A program made the translations under genes and the position numbers. The notes beneath the pieces are model-generated. The model did not search any database. It was not told the DNA's origin and saw only the letters and a list, made by a program, of their open reading frames with translations. From positions 8,949 through 72,948 of the forward strand of contig JALGUJ010000009.1 in NCBI GenBank assembly GCA_029820945.1: 64,000 nucleotides of DNA, given 5' to 3'. Shown here in pieces: positions 53,760 through 64,000 of this stretch (position 1 is its first letter; every line of letters begins with the position of its first letter). The DNA comes from Candidatus Zipacnadia bacterium (GTDB lineage Bacteria; Armatimonadota; Zipacnadia; Zipacnadales; UBA5352).

Positions 53760-55016
53760 TTGAAAGCTGAGCTAGTTTCCGTTGGCACGGAGCTATTGCT
53801 CGGGGAGATAGTGGACACCAATGCCGCGTTCATGTCGCAGAGGTTGGCCGAGATCGGGGTGGACGTGCATTTCCGGCACACCGTGGGGGACAACCTCGGA
53901 CGGATAGTCTCAGTCCTCGAGCTGGCTCTATCGCGAAGCGACGCAGTGCTGATCTGTGGCGGCCTCGGGCCGACGCAGGATGACCTGACGCGCGAGAGTG
54001 TCGCGGAGGTCACCGAGCGTCCGCTCACGCTCGTTGCCGAGGCGGAAGAGCGCCTGCGCGAGCTGTTCGCCCGCCGCGGATATGCGTTCACCCGCAACAA
54101 CCTCAAGCAGGCCACCGTCCCCGAAGGCGGCAGGCTGCTGGAGAACACCTGCGGCACCGCCCCCGGCCTGCTGGTGGAGCACCGCGGCAAGCTGCTCATC
54201 GCCGTCCCTGGCCCACCCCCCGAGATGCGCGAGATGATGGAACGCGAGGTCCTCCCCCGGCTGCGCGAGCGGCTGGGCGAGCACGTCACGCCCGTGTTCT
54301 CCCGCGTGCTGAGGATGGCAGACATCGGCGAGTCCTCGCTGGTGGCCCAGATAGACGACATCATCCGCGCGCAGACGGACCCGACCGTGGCCCCGTACGC
54401 CAAGCCGGGCGAGGTCACGCTGCGGCTGGCTACCAAGGCCGCAAGCGAAGAGGAGGCGGCCCCGAAGCTCGACGGACTCGAGCGCCGGCTTCGGCAGCGC
54501 GTGGGCGACCATATCTACGGCGTGGACGAGGAGACCATGGAGGTGGCGGTCGGCAGGGCGCTGCGCGAGGCCGGCGCCACCATCGCGGTCGCCGAGTCCT
54601 GCACCGGCGGCCTGATCTGCAGCCGTATCACCGACGTGGCGGGCTCGTCGGACTACTTCCTTGGCGGTGTCGTGGCCTACGCGAACGACACCAAAGAGTG
54701 CGTGCTGGGCGTGCCGCACGAGACGCTGGTCGAGCACGGCGCGGTCAGCGAGCCGACGGCCCTGGCCATGGCCCGTGGCGTGCGGGAGCGGCTCGGCGCG
54801 GACTACGCCGTGGCGACCACCGGCATCGCCGGGCCCGGCGGCGGCACGGACGAGAAGCCCGTCGGACTGGTCTACCTCGCGGTGGCCGACGCCGACGGGG
54901 CGGTCTGCCTGGAGCAGAACTGGCCCGGGACGCGGGAGCAGTTCAAGTGGCGGGTTTCGCAGTACGCCCTGAACCTGGTGCGCAAGCGCGTGCTGGGCAT
55001 CGAGGTGGGCGGGTGA
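53760..55016 (+). CDS. cinA: competence/damage-inducible protein CinA (MoCF-binding + PncC-like NMN deamidase domains)
   Basis: TTG start. SVGTELLLGEIVDTNA, LICGGLGPTQDDLT, and the C-terminal CinA domain (ESCTGGLI...TTGIAGPGG). Confidence 0.9.
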   Translation: MKAELVSVGTELLLGEIVDTNAAFMSQRLAEIGVDVHFRHTVGDNLGRIVSVLELALSRSDAVLICGGLGPTQDDLTRESVAEVTERPLTLVAEAEERLRELFARRGYAFTRNNLKQATVPEGGRLLENTCGTAPGLLVEHRGKLLIAVPGPPPEMREMMEREVLPRLRERLGEHVTPVFSRVLRMADIGESSLVAQIDDIIRAQTDPTVAPYAKPGEVTLRLATKAASEEEAAPKLDGLERRLRQRVGDHIYGVDEETMEVAVGRALREAGATIAVAESCTGGLICSRITDVAGSSDYFLGGVVAYANDTKECVLGVPHETLVEHGAVSEPTALAMARGVRERLGADYAVATTGIAGPGGGTDEKPVGLVYLAVADADGAVCLEQNWPGTREQFKWRVSQYALNLVRKRVLGIEVGG

Positions 55017-55609
55017 TGGCGAGCGGCTCGCAGACGCTGAGGCTCTTCTTCGCTGTGCCGCTGGACGCGGCGCTGCGGGAGGAGGCCTGCAGGCTGCAGG
55101 ATGAGCTGGCGGGCGCGTGCCGGAGTGGCCCACGGGTGAAGTGGGTCGAGCGGCCGAACCTGCACATGACGCTGAAGTTCCTGGGCGACACGCCGCCAGA
55201 GGACGTGGCCCGAATCTGCCGGGTGGCGGAGCGCGTGGCGGAGGGGCGGGCCCCGCTGTCGATGGAGCTGGTGGGTGTGGGGTGCTTCCCCCCGCGTGGA
55301 GCGCCGCGCACGATCTGGATCGGCCTGGGCCGGGAATGCCCTGAGCTGAAGGACCTGGCCGAGAGCCTGGACGCGACTCTGGCGGAGGCCGGGCTGGCCG
55401 AGCGAGAGCGCCGGCCCTTCACCGGGCACTTCACGCTCGGGCGTGTCAAGGACCGGCGGGGTGGCCGGCCGCTGCGCGAGGCCATCGAGCGGCTCGGTGG
55501 CGAGCCGGTGGGGTCGATGGAGGCCGATCACTTCTGCCTGTTGTCCAGCGATCTCACCCCTCAGGGGCCGATCTACACCGAGCGGGCGAGCTTCGAGCTC
55601 GCGCCGTAA
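55016..55609 (+). CDS. thpR: RNA 2',3'-cyclic phosphodiesterase (2H phosphoesterase, ThpR/LigT)
   Basis: Two H-x-T-x motifs (HMTLKFLG, HFTLGRV). The ATG overlaps the cinA TGA (ATGA at 55014-18). The longer track ORF 54698.. is shadow sequence. Confidence 0.8.
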   Translation: MASGSQTLRLFFAVPLDAALREEACRLQDELAGACRSGPRVKWVERPNLHMTLKFLGDTPPEDVARICRVAERVAEGRAPLSMELVGVGCFPPRGAPRTIWIGLGRECPELKDLAESLDATLAEAGLAERERRPFTGHFTLGRVKDRRGGRPLREAIERLGGEPVGSMEADHFCLLSSDLTPQGPIYTERASFELAP

Positions 55610-55663
55610 CGAGACATTGGGCATAGAGCAGAGCGCATCGCGCGCAGAAAGGGACAGGGGGAC

Positions 55664-56734
<1,071 letters not shown>

Positions 56735-56789
56735 GCTCGAGGCCAGCCAGTGATGGGTGAAGGAGGCCGGAGTCCGAAGGAGTGGGAGG

Positions 56790-57290
56790 ATGTCTGACGG
56801 GAGCGAGCGCCGGGCCGGGTATCGAGAGGCCAAGGCCGCGGCGCTGAAGCTGCTGGCCAGCAGGGCACGAACGCGCAGCCATCTTGAGACGAGACTGGAA
56901 AACAAGGGGTTCGGGGCGGAGGACGTGGAAGAGGCGCTCGACGACCTTGAGCGCGCCGGATATGTTGATGATGGGCAATACGCGCGCGACCGGATCGAAG
57001 AGCTCCTTGGACAATCGAGGAAGGGCCCGCAGGCGCTGGTGCACGCGCTGATCCAGGATGGGGTCGCCGCCGAGGCGGCCGAGCGCGCCGTCGCCGAGAG
57101 GCTGGAGGGCGAGGACCTGGGCGAGTGGGCGCGTGAGGTGGCGAGCGAGCGTGCGGAGCGCATGCGCGACGTGGAGCAGGATACGGCACGCAGGAGGCTG
57201 TACGGTTACCTGAGACGCCGGGGTTTTGGGGACGCGGAGGCGCTCAGGGCCATCGACGAAGCACTTGAAGAGCACCAGCAGCAGAGCTGA
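56790..57290 (+). CDS. recX: recombination regulator RecX
   Basis: Start refined to [11 protein letters not shown], with AGGAGTGGGAGG SD. Three-helix repeat RecX fold ([35 protein letters not shown]). Confidence 0.85.
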   Translation: MSDGSERRAGYREAKAAALKLLASRARTRSHLETRLENKGFGAEDVEEALDDLERAGYVDDGQYARDRIEELLGQSRKGPQALVHALIQDGVAAEAAERAVAERLEGEDLGEWAREVASERAERMRDVEQDTARRRLYGYLRRRGFGDAEALRAIDEALEEHQQQS

Positions 57291-57328
57291 ACGCCGCCCT
57301 ACCACCGCAACGGAGGTGTGAATCCGAT

Positions 57329-58870
57329 ATGCATACATGGGTACTCCCGGTGGTCGTAGCCGTCGCATCGGTGATTATCGCCTGGGCCGCATACAGAGTG
57401 CAGATGTCGGCCGCCAGGAAGCAGATCGAGCAGGACCTTGCAGAGGCCCGCCAGCTCCGAGAGAGCGCGCAGGAGCAGTTGGAGGCGGAGCGCCGTGAGC
57501 TGAAGCTGCAGGCCAAGGAGGAGGCCCTCAGACTCCGCGAGCAGGTCGAAGCTGAGGTGAAGGCTCAACGGGACGAGCTGGACAAGGCCAAGCGCCGGCT
57601 CGAGGAGCGAGAGGACCGCATAGAACGCCTGACCACGGAGATGGACAACCGGTCGCGCAACCTGCGCAACCGCGAGAAGGAAATCGAGCAACAGGCGGAA
57701 CGCGCTGAGGAGCTGATTGAGGAGCAGGAGCGCGAACTGCAGCGCGTCGCGGGACTCACCCGCCAGCAGGCCAAGGACATGCTGCTGGCCGAGGTCGATG
57801 AGGAGATCACGCAGGACGCCAACCAGCTCGTGCGCCAGACCATCGCCAATGCCAAGGAGGAGGCGGACCGCAGGGCCAACGAGATCATCGCCTGGGCCAT
57901 CCAGCGATGTGCGGTGGACCACACCGCTGAGAGCACCGTCTCGGTGGTGCCTCTGCCCAGCGACGACATGAAGGGGCGGATCATCGGTCGCGAGGGACGC
58001 AACATCCGGGCCTTCGAGCAGGCCACGGGCGTGGACCTGATCGTGGACGACACGCCCGAGGCCGTGGTGCTCTCGGCCTTCGATCCCATCCGGCGCGAGG
58101 TGGCACGCATTGCCCTGGAGCGCCTGATCGCCGACGGGCGCATCCACCCCGGGCGGATCGAGGAGGCCGTGGGGCGGGCGCGGGAGGAGATCGAGCAGAC
58201 CATGAAGGAGGCCGGCGAGCAGGCCACCTTCGAGACAGGCGTCAGCGGCCTGCACCCGGAGCTGGTCAGGCTGCTGGGCAAGCTGCACTTCCGCACCAGC
58301 TACGGCCAGAACGTGCTCAAGCACTCGATCGAGGTGGCCCACCTGGCCGGGGCCATGGCGGGGGAGTGTGGCGCGAAGGTGGCCATCGCGCGCCGCGCCG
58401 GACTGCTGCACGACATCGGCAAGGCCGTGGACTACGAGCGCGACGGCTCGCACTCGCTGATCGGGATGGAGATCTGCCGCGCCAGGCAGGAGCCGGAGGC
58501 GGTTACCCACGCCATCGCCGCCCACCACGAGGAGGTGCCGATGGAGACGGTGGAGGCCTTCCTCGTGCAGGCCGCCGACGCCATCTCCGCGGCACGCCCC
58601 GGCGCCCGCCGCGAGACGCTGGAGACCTACCTGAAGCGTCTGGAGGGGCTCGAGACTATCGCGAAGAGCTTCAACGGGGTGGACAAGTGCTACGCCATCC
58701 AGGCCGGGCGCGAGCTGCGGGTGATGGTCAAGCCCGAGCAGGTGGACGACCGGCAGGCGCAGCGGCTCGCCAAGAGGATGGCCGAGCGCATTCAGAGCGA
58801 GATGGAGTACCCGGGGCAGATCCGCGTTACCGTGATTCGCGAGAAGCGCGCGGTGGAGTACGCGCAATAG
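57329..58870 (+). CDS. rny: ribonuclease Y
   Basis: N-terminal TM helix, coiled coil, KH domain ([24 protein letters not shown]), HD domain ([15 protein letters not shown]...LLHDIGKA). GGAGGTG SD. Confidence 0.95.
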   Translation: MHTWVLPVVVAVASVIIAWAAYRVQMSAARKQIEQDLAEARQLRESAQEQLEAERRELKLQAKEEALRLREQVEAEVKAQRDELDKAKRRLEEREDRIERLTTEMDNRSRNLRNREKEIEQQAERAEELIEEQERELQRVAGLTRQQAKDMLLAEVDEEITQDANQLVRQTIANAKEEADRRANEIIAWAIQRCAVDHTAESTVSVVPLPSDDMKGRIIGREGRNIRAFEQATGVDLIVDDTPEAVVLSAFDPIRREVARIALERLIADGRIHPGRIEEAVGRAREEIEQTMKEAGEQATFETGVSGLHPELVRLLGKLHFRTSYGQNVLKHSIEVAHLAGAMAGECGAKVAIARRAGLLHDIGKAVDYERDGSHSLIGMEICRARQEPEAVTHAIAAHHEEVPMETVEAFLVQAADAISAARPGARRETLETYLKRLEGLETIAKSFNGVDKCYAIQAGRELRVMVKPEQVDDRQAQRLAKRMAERIQSEMEYPGQIRVTVIREKRAVEYAQ

Positions 58871-58947
58871 CGCGCGGCGGAGCCCTGGCCGCGGTGAGAC
58901 GCCGGCTCGCTCGGGCCGGCAGGGCGTGGAGAGAGCCGGATCAGTGC

Positions 58948-59739
58948 ATGGTCATACTTCACCTGGGCGATGTTGTGGGCAGGCCGGGACGGAGGGTCGT
59001 CGCCGCCCTGCTGCCCGAGTTGATCCAGCACCATGAGGCGGAGCTGGTCGTGGTCAACGGGGAGAACGCGGCGGGGGGCGCGGGCATCACCGAATCGACC
59101 GCCGACGAGCTCTTCGCGGCGGGCGCCGACTGCATCACCACGGGGAATCATATCTGGGCCCAAAAGGAGGCCCTGAAGCTCGTCGCCAGGGACACGCGCG
59201 TGCTGCGGCCGGCCAACTACCCGCCGGGCGCGCCGGGTGTGGGGGCGAAGGTGCTGCCGGCACGCACGGAGAGCCTGGGGGTGGGCGTGGTCTGCCTGTG
59301 CGGGCGGGTGTTCATGCGGGAGCTTGACTGCCCCTTCCGGGGCGCGGACGACATCCTGCGCTGGATGCGCCAGGAGACGTCGGTCATCTTGGTGGATTTC
59401 CACGCGGAGGCGACCTCGGAGAAGCAGGCCATCGCGCACTACCTGGATGGCCGCGTAAGCGCGGTCCTGGGCACACACACCCACGTGCAGACCGCGGACG
59501 AGCGCGTGCTCGAGCACGGCACGGCCTACATCACGGATGTAGGGATGTGCGGCGCGACGCAGTCGATCATCGGCGTCGAGCGCGAGCCGGTGCTCAGCCG
59601 CTTCCTGACCCAGATGCCCTCCCGCTTCAAGCCGCCCAGGTCGGGCGCCGCCATCCTGTGTGGGGTAGCCGTGGATGTGGATCCGCACAGCGGGCGGGCG
59701 TGGCGCATCGAACGCATCCGCAGGACGCTCTCAGAGTAG
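58948..59739 (+). CDS. ymdB: YmdB-family metallophosphoesterase (2',3'-cNMP phosphodiesterase, TIGR00282)
   Basis: MVILHLGDVVGRPGRR..., GENAAGGAGIT, GNHIW, HAEATSEK, GTHTHVQTAD. It is the conserved downstream partner of rny. The track ORF 58366.. is shadow sequence. Confidence 0.85.
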   Translation: MVILHLGDVVGRPGRRVVAALLPELIQHHEAELVVVNGENAAGGAGITESTADELFAAGADCITTGNHIWAQKEALKLVARDTRVLRPANYPPGAPGVGAKVLPARTESLGVGVVCLCGRVFMRELDCPFRGADDILRWMRQETSVILVDFHAEATSEKQAIAHYLDGRVSAVLGTHTHVQTADERVLEHGTAYITDVGMCGATQSIIGVEREPVLSRFLTQMPSRFKPPRSGAAILCGVAVDVDPHSGRAWRIERIRRTLSE

Positions 59740-59778
59740 TCAGGCACTGTCTGAGCGACGCAAAGATTCCGCTAGCGC

Positions 59779-59807
59779 TTGCTTAACGGCGCTGTTCCTG
59801 GTACTAT
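59779..59807 (+). promoter_or_regulatory. sigma70-like promoter of spoVS
   Basis: TTGCTT (59779-84), a 17-nt spacer, then TACTAT (59802-07). The leader is about 100 nt. Confidence 0.5.
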
Positions 59808-59912
59808 ACGGCTGGATGCTGATAGCCGCTTTCTACAAGCACTCATACTAGTATTCTGACAAGAGACGACGACCGCATCGCACCAGCTCGGTAGCAAGGG
59901 GGCCGTGTTGCC

Positions 59913-60197
59913 GTGGATATCCTGCGGGTGAGTTCGAGCTCAGACCCAAACAAGGTGGCCGGTGCTCTCGCTGGCACGATCCGTGAGCACAGGCAGGCCG
60001 AGCTGCAGACCGTGGGAGCCGGCGCTCTGAACCAGGCCATCAAGGCCGTCGCCATCTCCCGGGGCTTCCTGGCGCCCTCCGGGATCGACCTCGTCTGCTG
60101 GCCCAGCTTCGTGGACATCGAGATCAACGGCAATGAGCGCACAGCGATCCGCCTGTCCGTTCGGATCCGCACGGACGCCGCCCCTGAGATCTCCTGA
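59913..60197 (+). CDS. spoVS: stage V sporulation protein S homolog (SpoVS family)
   Basis: GTG start with AAGGGGG SD. MDILRVSSSSDPNKVAGALAGTIREHRQAELQTVGAGALNQAIKAVAISRGFLAPSGIDLVCWPSFVDIEINGNERTAIRLSV is colinear with the B. subtilis SpoVS sequence as I recall it. Confidence 0.85.
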   Translation: MDILRVSSSSDPNKVAGALAGTIREHRQAELQTVGAGALNQAIKAVAISRGFLAPSGIDLVCWPSFVDIEINGNERTAIRLSVRIRTDAAPEIS

Positions 60198-60232
60198 GCC
60201 CGCACCGTGGTGAGCACCCGATGAACGCCGGT

Positions 60233-60260
60233 CGCGCCCGGTCCTCAGCCGGGCGCCTTT
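60233..60260 (+). terminator. rho-independent terminator after spoVS
   Basis: GCGCCCGG tcctcag CCGGGCGC followed by cTTTTgctgt. Confidence 0.6.
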
Positions 60261-60331
60261 TGCTGTACGGGCCGCCGCACAGGCCCGCCCGAACGTGACT
60301 GCCGCCGACTCCCACAGGAGATGATGGTGCC

Positions 60332-61327
60332 ATGCAGCCGATTACCGCCGGTGTCGTGGGCCTGGGAAGCATGGGGATGGGCTGGCACTGTGAGCAGCTC
60401 AGCCGTCTCGAGGGGTTCGACCTGATCGCGGGCTGCGACCCGTCCGAGGAGCGCCGCGCGCAGGCCCGGGAGCAGTTCGGCATCGAGACGCATGCCGACT
60501 ACGACGAGATGCTCACCCGCGCGGACCTTGACCTGGTGGTGGTCGCCACGCCGTCGGCCATGCACCGCGACCACGTCGTCGCCGCGCTCGAGGCCGGCAA
60601 GCACTGTGTGTGCGAGAAGCCCCTGTGCATGAACCTGGCGGAGTGCGACGAGATCATCGAGGCGGCCGAGCACAGCGGCAGGATGATGTCGGGCTACCAG
60701 AACCGCCGCTGGGACTCCGAGCATCTCTCGGCCATGGCGACCGTCCGCGACGGCGTGCTGGGCGAGATCTTCTTCACCAAGCAGATCTCGATGAGCTACT
60801 CACCGATCATGCGAACGTACGGCGTCAAGGAGTTCCGCCCACAGTGGCGCGCCGAGAAGCGCTACGGCGGCGGCCTGCTCTATGACTTCGGCCCCCACCG
60901 CATCGACCAGCTCCTGCAGCTTCTGGACTACCCAGAGGTCCGCGACGTGTACTGCGAGCTGCAGGGACGCGTGTGGTCGGACGAGGTGGACGACTACTGC
61001 CTGGTGGTCATCCGCTTCGCGAACGGCGTCACCTCGCAGGTCGAGACCACGACGGTCGCGCGCCTGGGCCTGGGCGGCACGCTGATTGTGGGCCGCGACG
61101 GGGCATACCGCGACGGCACCATCGCCGTAGGGGAGGGCGACGATCTGCGCGAGTACCCCGCCCCGCAGTTCGAGCGCGACTGGGATGCCTATTACCGCAA
61201 TGTCCACGCACACCTGACAGAGGGCGAGGCCCTCGCCGTGCCGCTGTGGCAGGCGCGCGCGATGATCGCCGTCATCGACGCCGCCCTGCGCAGCGCCGAG
61301 AGCGGCGAGGTGGTCGGCCACGGGTGA
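60332..61327 (+). CDS. Gfo/Idh/MocA-family NAD(P)-dependent oxidoreductase
   Basis: N-terminal Rossmann fold GVVGLGSMGMGWH...EKPL. C-terminal alpha/beta domain. AGGAG SD. Confidence 0.85.
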   Translation: MQPITAGVVGLGSMGMGWHCEQLSRLEGFDLIAGCDPSEERRAQAREQFGIETHADYDEMLTRADLDLVVVATPSAMHRDHVVAALEAGKHCVCEKPLCMNLAECDEIIEAAEHSGRMMSGYQNRRWDSEHLSAMATVRDGVLGEIFFTKQISMSYSPIMRTYGVKEFRPQWRAEKRYGGGLLYDFGPHRIDQLLQLLDYPEVRDVYCELQGRVWSDEVDDYCLVVIRFANGVTSQVETTTVARLGLGGTLIVGRDGAYRDGTIAVGEGDDLREYPAPQFERDWDAYYRNVHAHLTEGEALAVPLWQARAMIAVIDAALRSAESGEVVGHG

Positions 61328-61674
61328 GGTCCCCCACCACCTGACCGTGAAGAGCCTGAAGGCGAGCATCGGCCATGCGCCGGTCGGCCGTGCCCCGGCG
61401 GGCGCGACAGTCGCCGGGGCTGCTGGGGGCGTCCTGGCGCGAATCGTTCGAAGGAGATGGCGCGGCCGAGGCGAATAGGTAACAGAGGAGGCGGGATGGG
61501 CGGGAGCTGGGCCCGCGTGTCGGGCGGCCGCCGCGCACCTGCCGCCGTTCTGAGAGCCCAGCGGGCCTCACAACCTTAAGTTCTTGTGGACACTGCCGAG
61601 AGAATAAAGGTAGAATAGAGGTGGGCTGCGGCCGGGGCCGGGCATGGTGACCGCCTGTTCGGGAGCGGTGCCGT

Positions 61675-61703
61675 TTGCTCAGAGCCGGTCGATCTGGTAC
61701 AAT
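61675..61703 (+). promoter_or_regulatory. near-consensus sigma70 promoter of the hypothetical gene
   Basis: TTGCTC (61675-80), a 17-nt spacer, then TACAAT (61698-703). The ATG is 18 nt downstream, so the leader is very short. A locally AT-richer stretch lies at 61570-61630. Confidence 0.5.
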
Positions 61704-61720
61704 GAGCGAGGCGTCATCGG

Positions 61721-62251
61721 ATGCCGGAGGTAGTGGCCGTGAGCAGCAATGGCAAGGAAGCACTCGAGATCTTTGAGCAGGGGCTCGAGGACCTCATCAG
61801 GTCCTGCCGGCAGCCGACCGAGAAGCGGATACGCTACGGCAATCTGCGCAGCGAGATCTCGCGGGGGGCGGGGAACGGTGAGGTCGCGAACGCGGCCGTC
61901 GTCTATGAAACGCCCGGTGGCTCAACGACGCAGATCAACATAACCTACGACGAGAGCGAAGGCACCTTCAGCTACCTCAGCGATGACCTCGATGAGACGG
62001 TGGTCTGCGGGGACCCCCTCGAGGTCGTGGCGATGGTGCGGCGTCACGCGCAGCGGATCCCGGAGAAGCGCATGCATGCGCTGTTTGATGCCATCGACAT
62101 CTGGATGTCCGAGGGCAAGTCGCGGCGCGAGATGTTCAGCGAGATGAACAAGCTGCTCCAGAATGAGTTCCTCGGCGGGCGGATCACGACGGAGGAGTTG
62201 AAGGCGGGCATCCAGCACATCGTGCGCGAGCACAACCGGTCGAGGGGCTAG
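61721..62251 (+). CDS. hypothetical protein
   Basis: 176 aa, no family recognised. Supported only by ORF length, codon bias and the promoter upstream. Confidence 0.4.
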   Translation: MPEVVAVSSNGKEALEIFEQGLEDLIRSCRQPTEKRIRYGNLRSEISRGAGNGEVANAAVVYETPGGSTTQINITYDESEGTFSYLSDDLDETVVCGDPLEVVAMVRRHAQRIPEKRMHALFDAIDIWMSEGKSRREMFSEMNKLLQNEFLGGRITTEELKAGIQHIVREHNRSRG

Positions 62252-62442
62252 TCGGCTGAGGCCGACTCTGCGTGGCCCGTCCGGGAAGGCGCTGGCCCGG
62301 AGGGGCCTGTTCATGTACCGCCACCGCCGATGAATCGGGCCGGGGGAAGGGAGAGCCCGCGCGGGCGGCGAAGAACGCTCATGGCATATCATTGAGTGCA
62401 CCCCTGCACAGGCCCGGCGGCCTGTGCGCGTACAGACAACTG

Positions 62443-63864
62443 ATGGAGAGAGGGTACGACATGAGCGATAGCTTCCGACTGGTGGCACCGCCGACCGCCG
62501 CGCCGCTGGACCCGGGCTTCCGCCCGGCGGTGCTGGCCAACCACAGTTTCCTTGAGGCAGTTGAGGAGTCGGGGGATGGCGTTGACGTGAAGATCGCGCT
62601 CGAGCGCGGCGACGGCTCCGTCAGCGTGTATGAGACGCGCGCCTTCGCGCCGGACTCGCCGCAGGCCGACGCGAACCTGATGTACGCCGAGCGCCTGGTC
62701 AAGTTCCTCCTCTGGCAGCGCGGCGGTTACAAGGTCGTGATAGGCGGCCATGAGCAGATCGCCGACCACATCAAGCAGGTATACTCGGCCGACGGCGAGC
62801 GCTCCTTCGACTACGACTTCATGGGCGGTGTCTATGAGAAGGAGTTCGTGGTCGAGGGCTGCGCCCTGGAGGACACTCCTGAGGAGCAGGATACTACCAA
62901 GCCGCTGGGCCGGCATCTGAGCGGGTACCGCGTCGGCTTCGACCTCGGCGCCTCGGACCGCAAGAGCTCCGCGGTCATCGACGGCAAGTCGGTCTGGGAG
63001 GAGGAGGTCCCCTGGGACCCCAAGAACCAGGAGGACTGGCACTACCACTACGACGGCATCAAGCACTCGATCACGCGCGCCATGGAGCATCTGCCAAGCT
63101 GTGACGCCATCGGCGGCTCCGCCGCCGGGGTGTGGATCAACAGCCGCGTGCTGGTGGCTTCGCTCTTCCGCGGCATCCCTGAGGACGACTTCGACGCGCA
63201 CATCAAGAACATCATGATCGACATCGGCGAGGAGCTCGGGGTGCCGATCGTGGTCGCCAACGACGGGGAGGTCACCGCCCTCGCCGGCTCGATGTCGCTG
63301 CAGGAGAACGCCGTCCTGGGCGTCGCCATGGGCTCATCGGAGGCGGCGGGCTACGTGACGCCGGACGGCAACATCACAGGCTGGCTCAACGAGCTTGCCT
63401 TCGCGCCGGTTGACTATCAGCCCGGCGCGCCCAAGGACGAGTGGTCCGAGGACATCGGCGTCGGCGCGCTGTACTTCTCGCAGCAGGCGGTGGGGCGGCT
63501 CGCTCCCGTGGCGGGGATCGAGTTCGATGACGAGCCGGACCTGCCCGTGCTGCTTGAGCGCGTGCAGGAGATGCACCTCGAGGGCGACGACCGTGCCCAC
63601 AGGATCTTCCAGACCATGGGCGTCTACCTGGGCTACACCATCGCCCACTACGCGGACTTCTACGACTTCGAGAACATGCTGATCCTGGGCCGCTGCACCT
63701 CAGGCAAGGGCGGGCCCACGATGCTCGAGATGGCGAATGGCATCCTGGACCGCGAGTTCCCCGAGCTGGCGGCGAAGATCGACCTGATAACGCCGAGCGA
63801 GCGCCTGCGCCGCGTCGGCCAGGCGATCGCCGCGGCCAGCCTGCCCGAGATCAACGGCGACTAA
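62443..63864 (+). CDS. ROK/ASKHA-superfamily sugar-kinase-like protein with extra N-terminal domain
   Basis: VGFDLGASDRKSSAVIDGKS and the later GIGxG-like/DGEV motifs resemble ROK/BadF-type ATPases. The alternative start is at 62461. Confidence 0.5.
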   Translation: MERGYDMSDSFRLVAPPTAAPLDPGFRPAVLANHSFLEAVEESGDGVDVKIALERGDGSVSVYETRAFAPDSPQADANLMYAERLVKFLLWQRGGYKVVIGGHEQIADHIKQVYSADGERSFDYDFMGGVYEKEFVVEGCALEDTPEEQDTTKPLGRHLSGYRVGFDLGASDRKSSAVIDGKSVWEEEVPWDPKNQEDWHYHYDGIKHSITRAMEHLPSCDAIGGSAAGVWINSRVLVASLFRGIPEDDFDAHIKNIMIDIGEELGVPIVVANDGEVTALAGSMSLQENAVLGVAMGSSEAAGYVTPDGNITGWLNELAFAPVDYQPGAPKDEWSEDIGVGALYFSQQAVGRLAPVAGIEFDDEPDLPVLLERVQEMHLEGDDRAHRIFQTMGVYLGYTIAHYADFYDFENMLILGRCTSGKGGPTMLEMANGILDREFPELAAKIDLITPSERLRRVGQAIAAASLPEINGD

Positions 63865-63978
63865 GGGCTGCTTTGGCACAGGCGGAAGCTGGTCTGTCGG
63901 GCAGTGATGCCCGGCCGCGCTGTTGTAGAAGGGGCTCCAGTGTCGCCGAGACTAATGAGTCATCTGGAGGGTGAACAA

Positions 63979-64000
63979 TGATCAACCTACGCAAAGAGGG
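63979..64000 (+). CDS. start of a further gene (MINLRKE...), truncated by the window end
   Basis: ATG preceded by GGAGGGTG SD 6 nt upstream. Only 7 codons are visible. Confidence 0.2.

Noticed and set aside
55610-55663. SOS (LexA) box in front of recA
   Set aside because: The 54-bp gap contains no CTGT-N8-ACAG, no GAAC-N4-GTTC (Cheo), no TCGAAC-N4-GTTCGA and no GTTC-N7-GTTC. recA is probably co-transcribed from the cinA promoter, so no operator is claimed.

Overview
This window is about 70% GC, bacterial, and densely coded on both strands. I found no transposases, integrases, CRISPR arrays or rRNA genes. The gene content (SpoVS, RNase Y-YmdB, a possible T-box, flotillin/NfeD) and the cinA-thpR-recA-recX-rny-ymdB-spoVS synteny fit a high-GC non-actinobacterial lineage such as Chloroflexota, Deinococcota or Armatimonadota. 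That lineage call is a guess.

In map order the window contains:
- 1-5.3 kb: a partial unknown gene, a neutral-ceramidase-like hydrolase, a DegT-family aminotransferase and a CPBP membrane protease.
- 5.4-15.4 kb: a secreted polysaccharide-degradation locus. It has a LamG + (alpha/alpha)6 toroid protein, a GH5-like protein, a 1081-aa beta-helix protein carrying three copies of a ~170-aa domain, an EamA exporter and a GH42-like protein.
- 15.5-17.0 kb: a TPR protein and a ~0.8 kb structured non-coding stretch.
- 17.1-20.5 kb: rel (RelA/SpoT) and a second DegT aminotransferase.
- 20.5-26.1 kb: a minus-strand operon paaK2-iorA-iorB-paaK1-ACT (indolepyruvate:ferredoxin oxidoreductase plus two aryl-acetate-CoA ligases).
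- 26.2-33 kb: a URO-D-like protein, a HEAT-repeat membrane protein, a PspA-like coiled-coil protein, an NfeD-like protein with a His/Asp-rich 48-bp tandem-repeat insert, and a flotillin.
- 33-36.2 kb: a membrane protein, a cytoplasmic BNR/sialidase-like protein and an M28 peptidase.
- 36.2-37.2 kb: six minus-strand tRNAs (Leu-TAA, Cys-GCA, Gly-GCC, Gly-CCC, Val-CAC, Leu-GAG) behind a near-consensus promoter.
- 37.7-43.5 kb: infC (non-AUG start) with rpmI, rplT, a TrmH-family methyltransferase, and pheS-pheT preceded by a candidate T-box leader.
- 43.5-48.2 kb: an alpha/beta-hydrolase esterase whose signal peptide lies in another frame, a hexapeptide acetyltransferase, and a translationally coupled ArsR / 46-aa Cys-rich ORF / SAM methyltransferase / ABC-2 exporter cluster.
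- 48.3-53.5 kb: an EPS priming sugar transferase, an odd GspF-domain + GspE-N-domain protein lacking the ATPase, a flavodoxin-like reductase, and an SPFH(zinc-ribbon)/DUF4178/acidic-protein operon.
- 53.8-60.2 kb: cinA-thpR-recA-recX-rny-ymdB-spoVS.
- 60.3-64 kb: a Gfo/Idh/MocA oxidoreductase, a hypothetical protein and a ROK/ASKHA-like kinase.

Most of the long ORFs in the track are GC-driven shadow frames of these genes.
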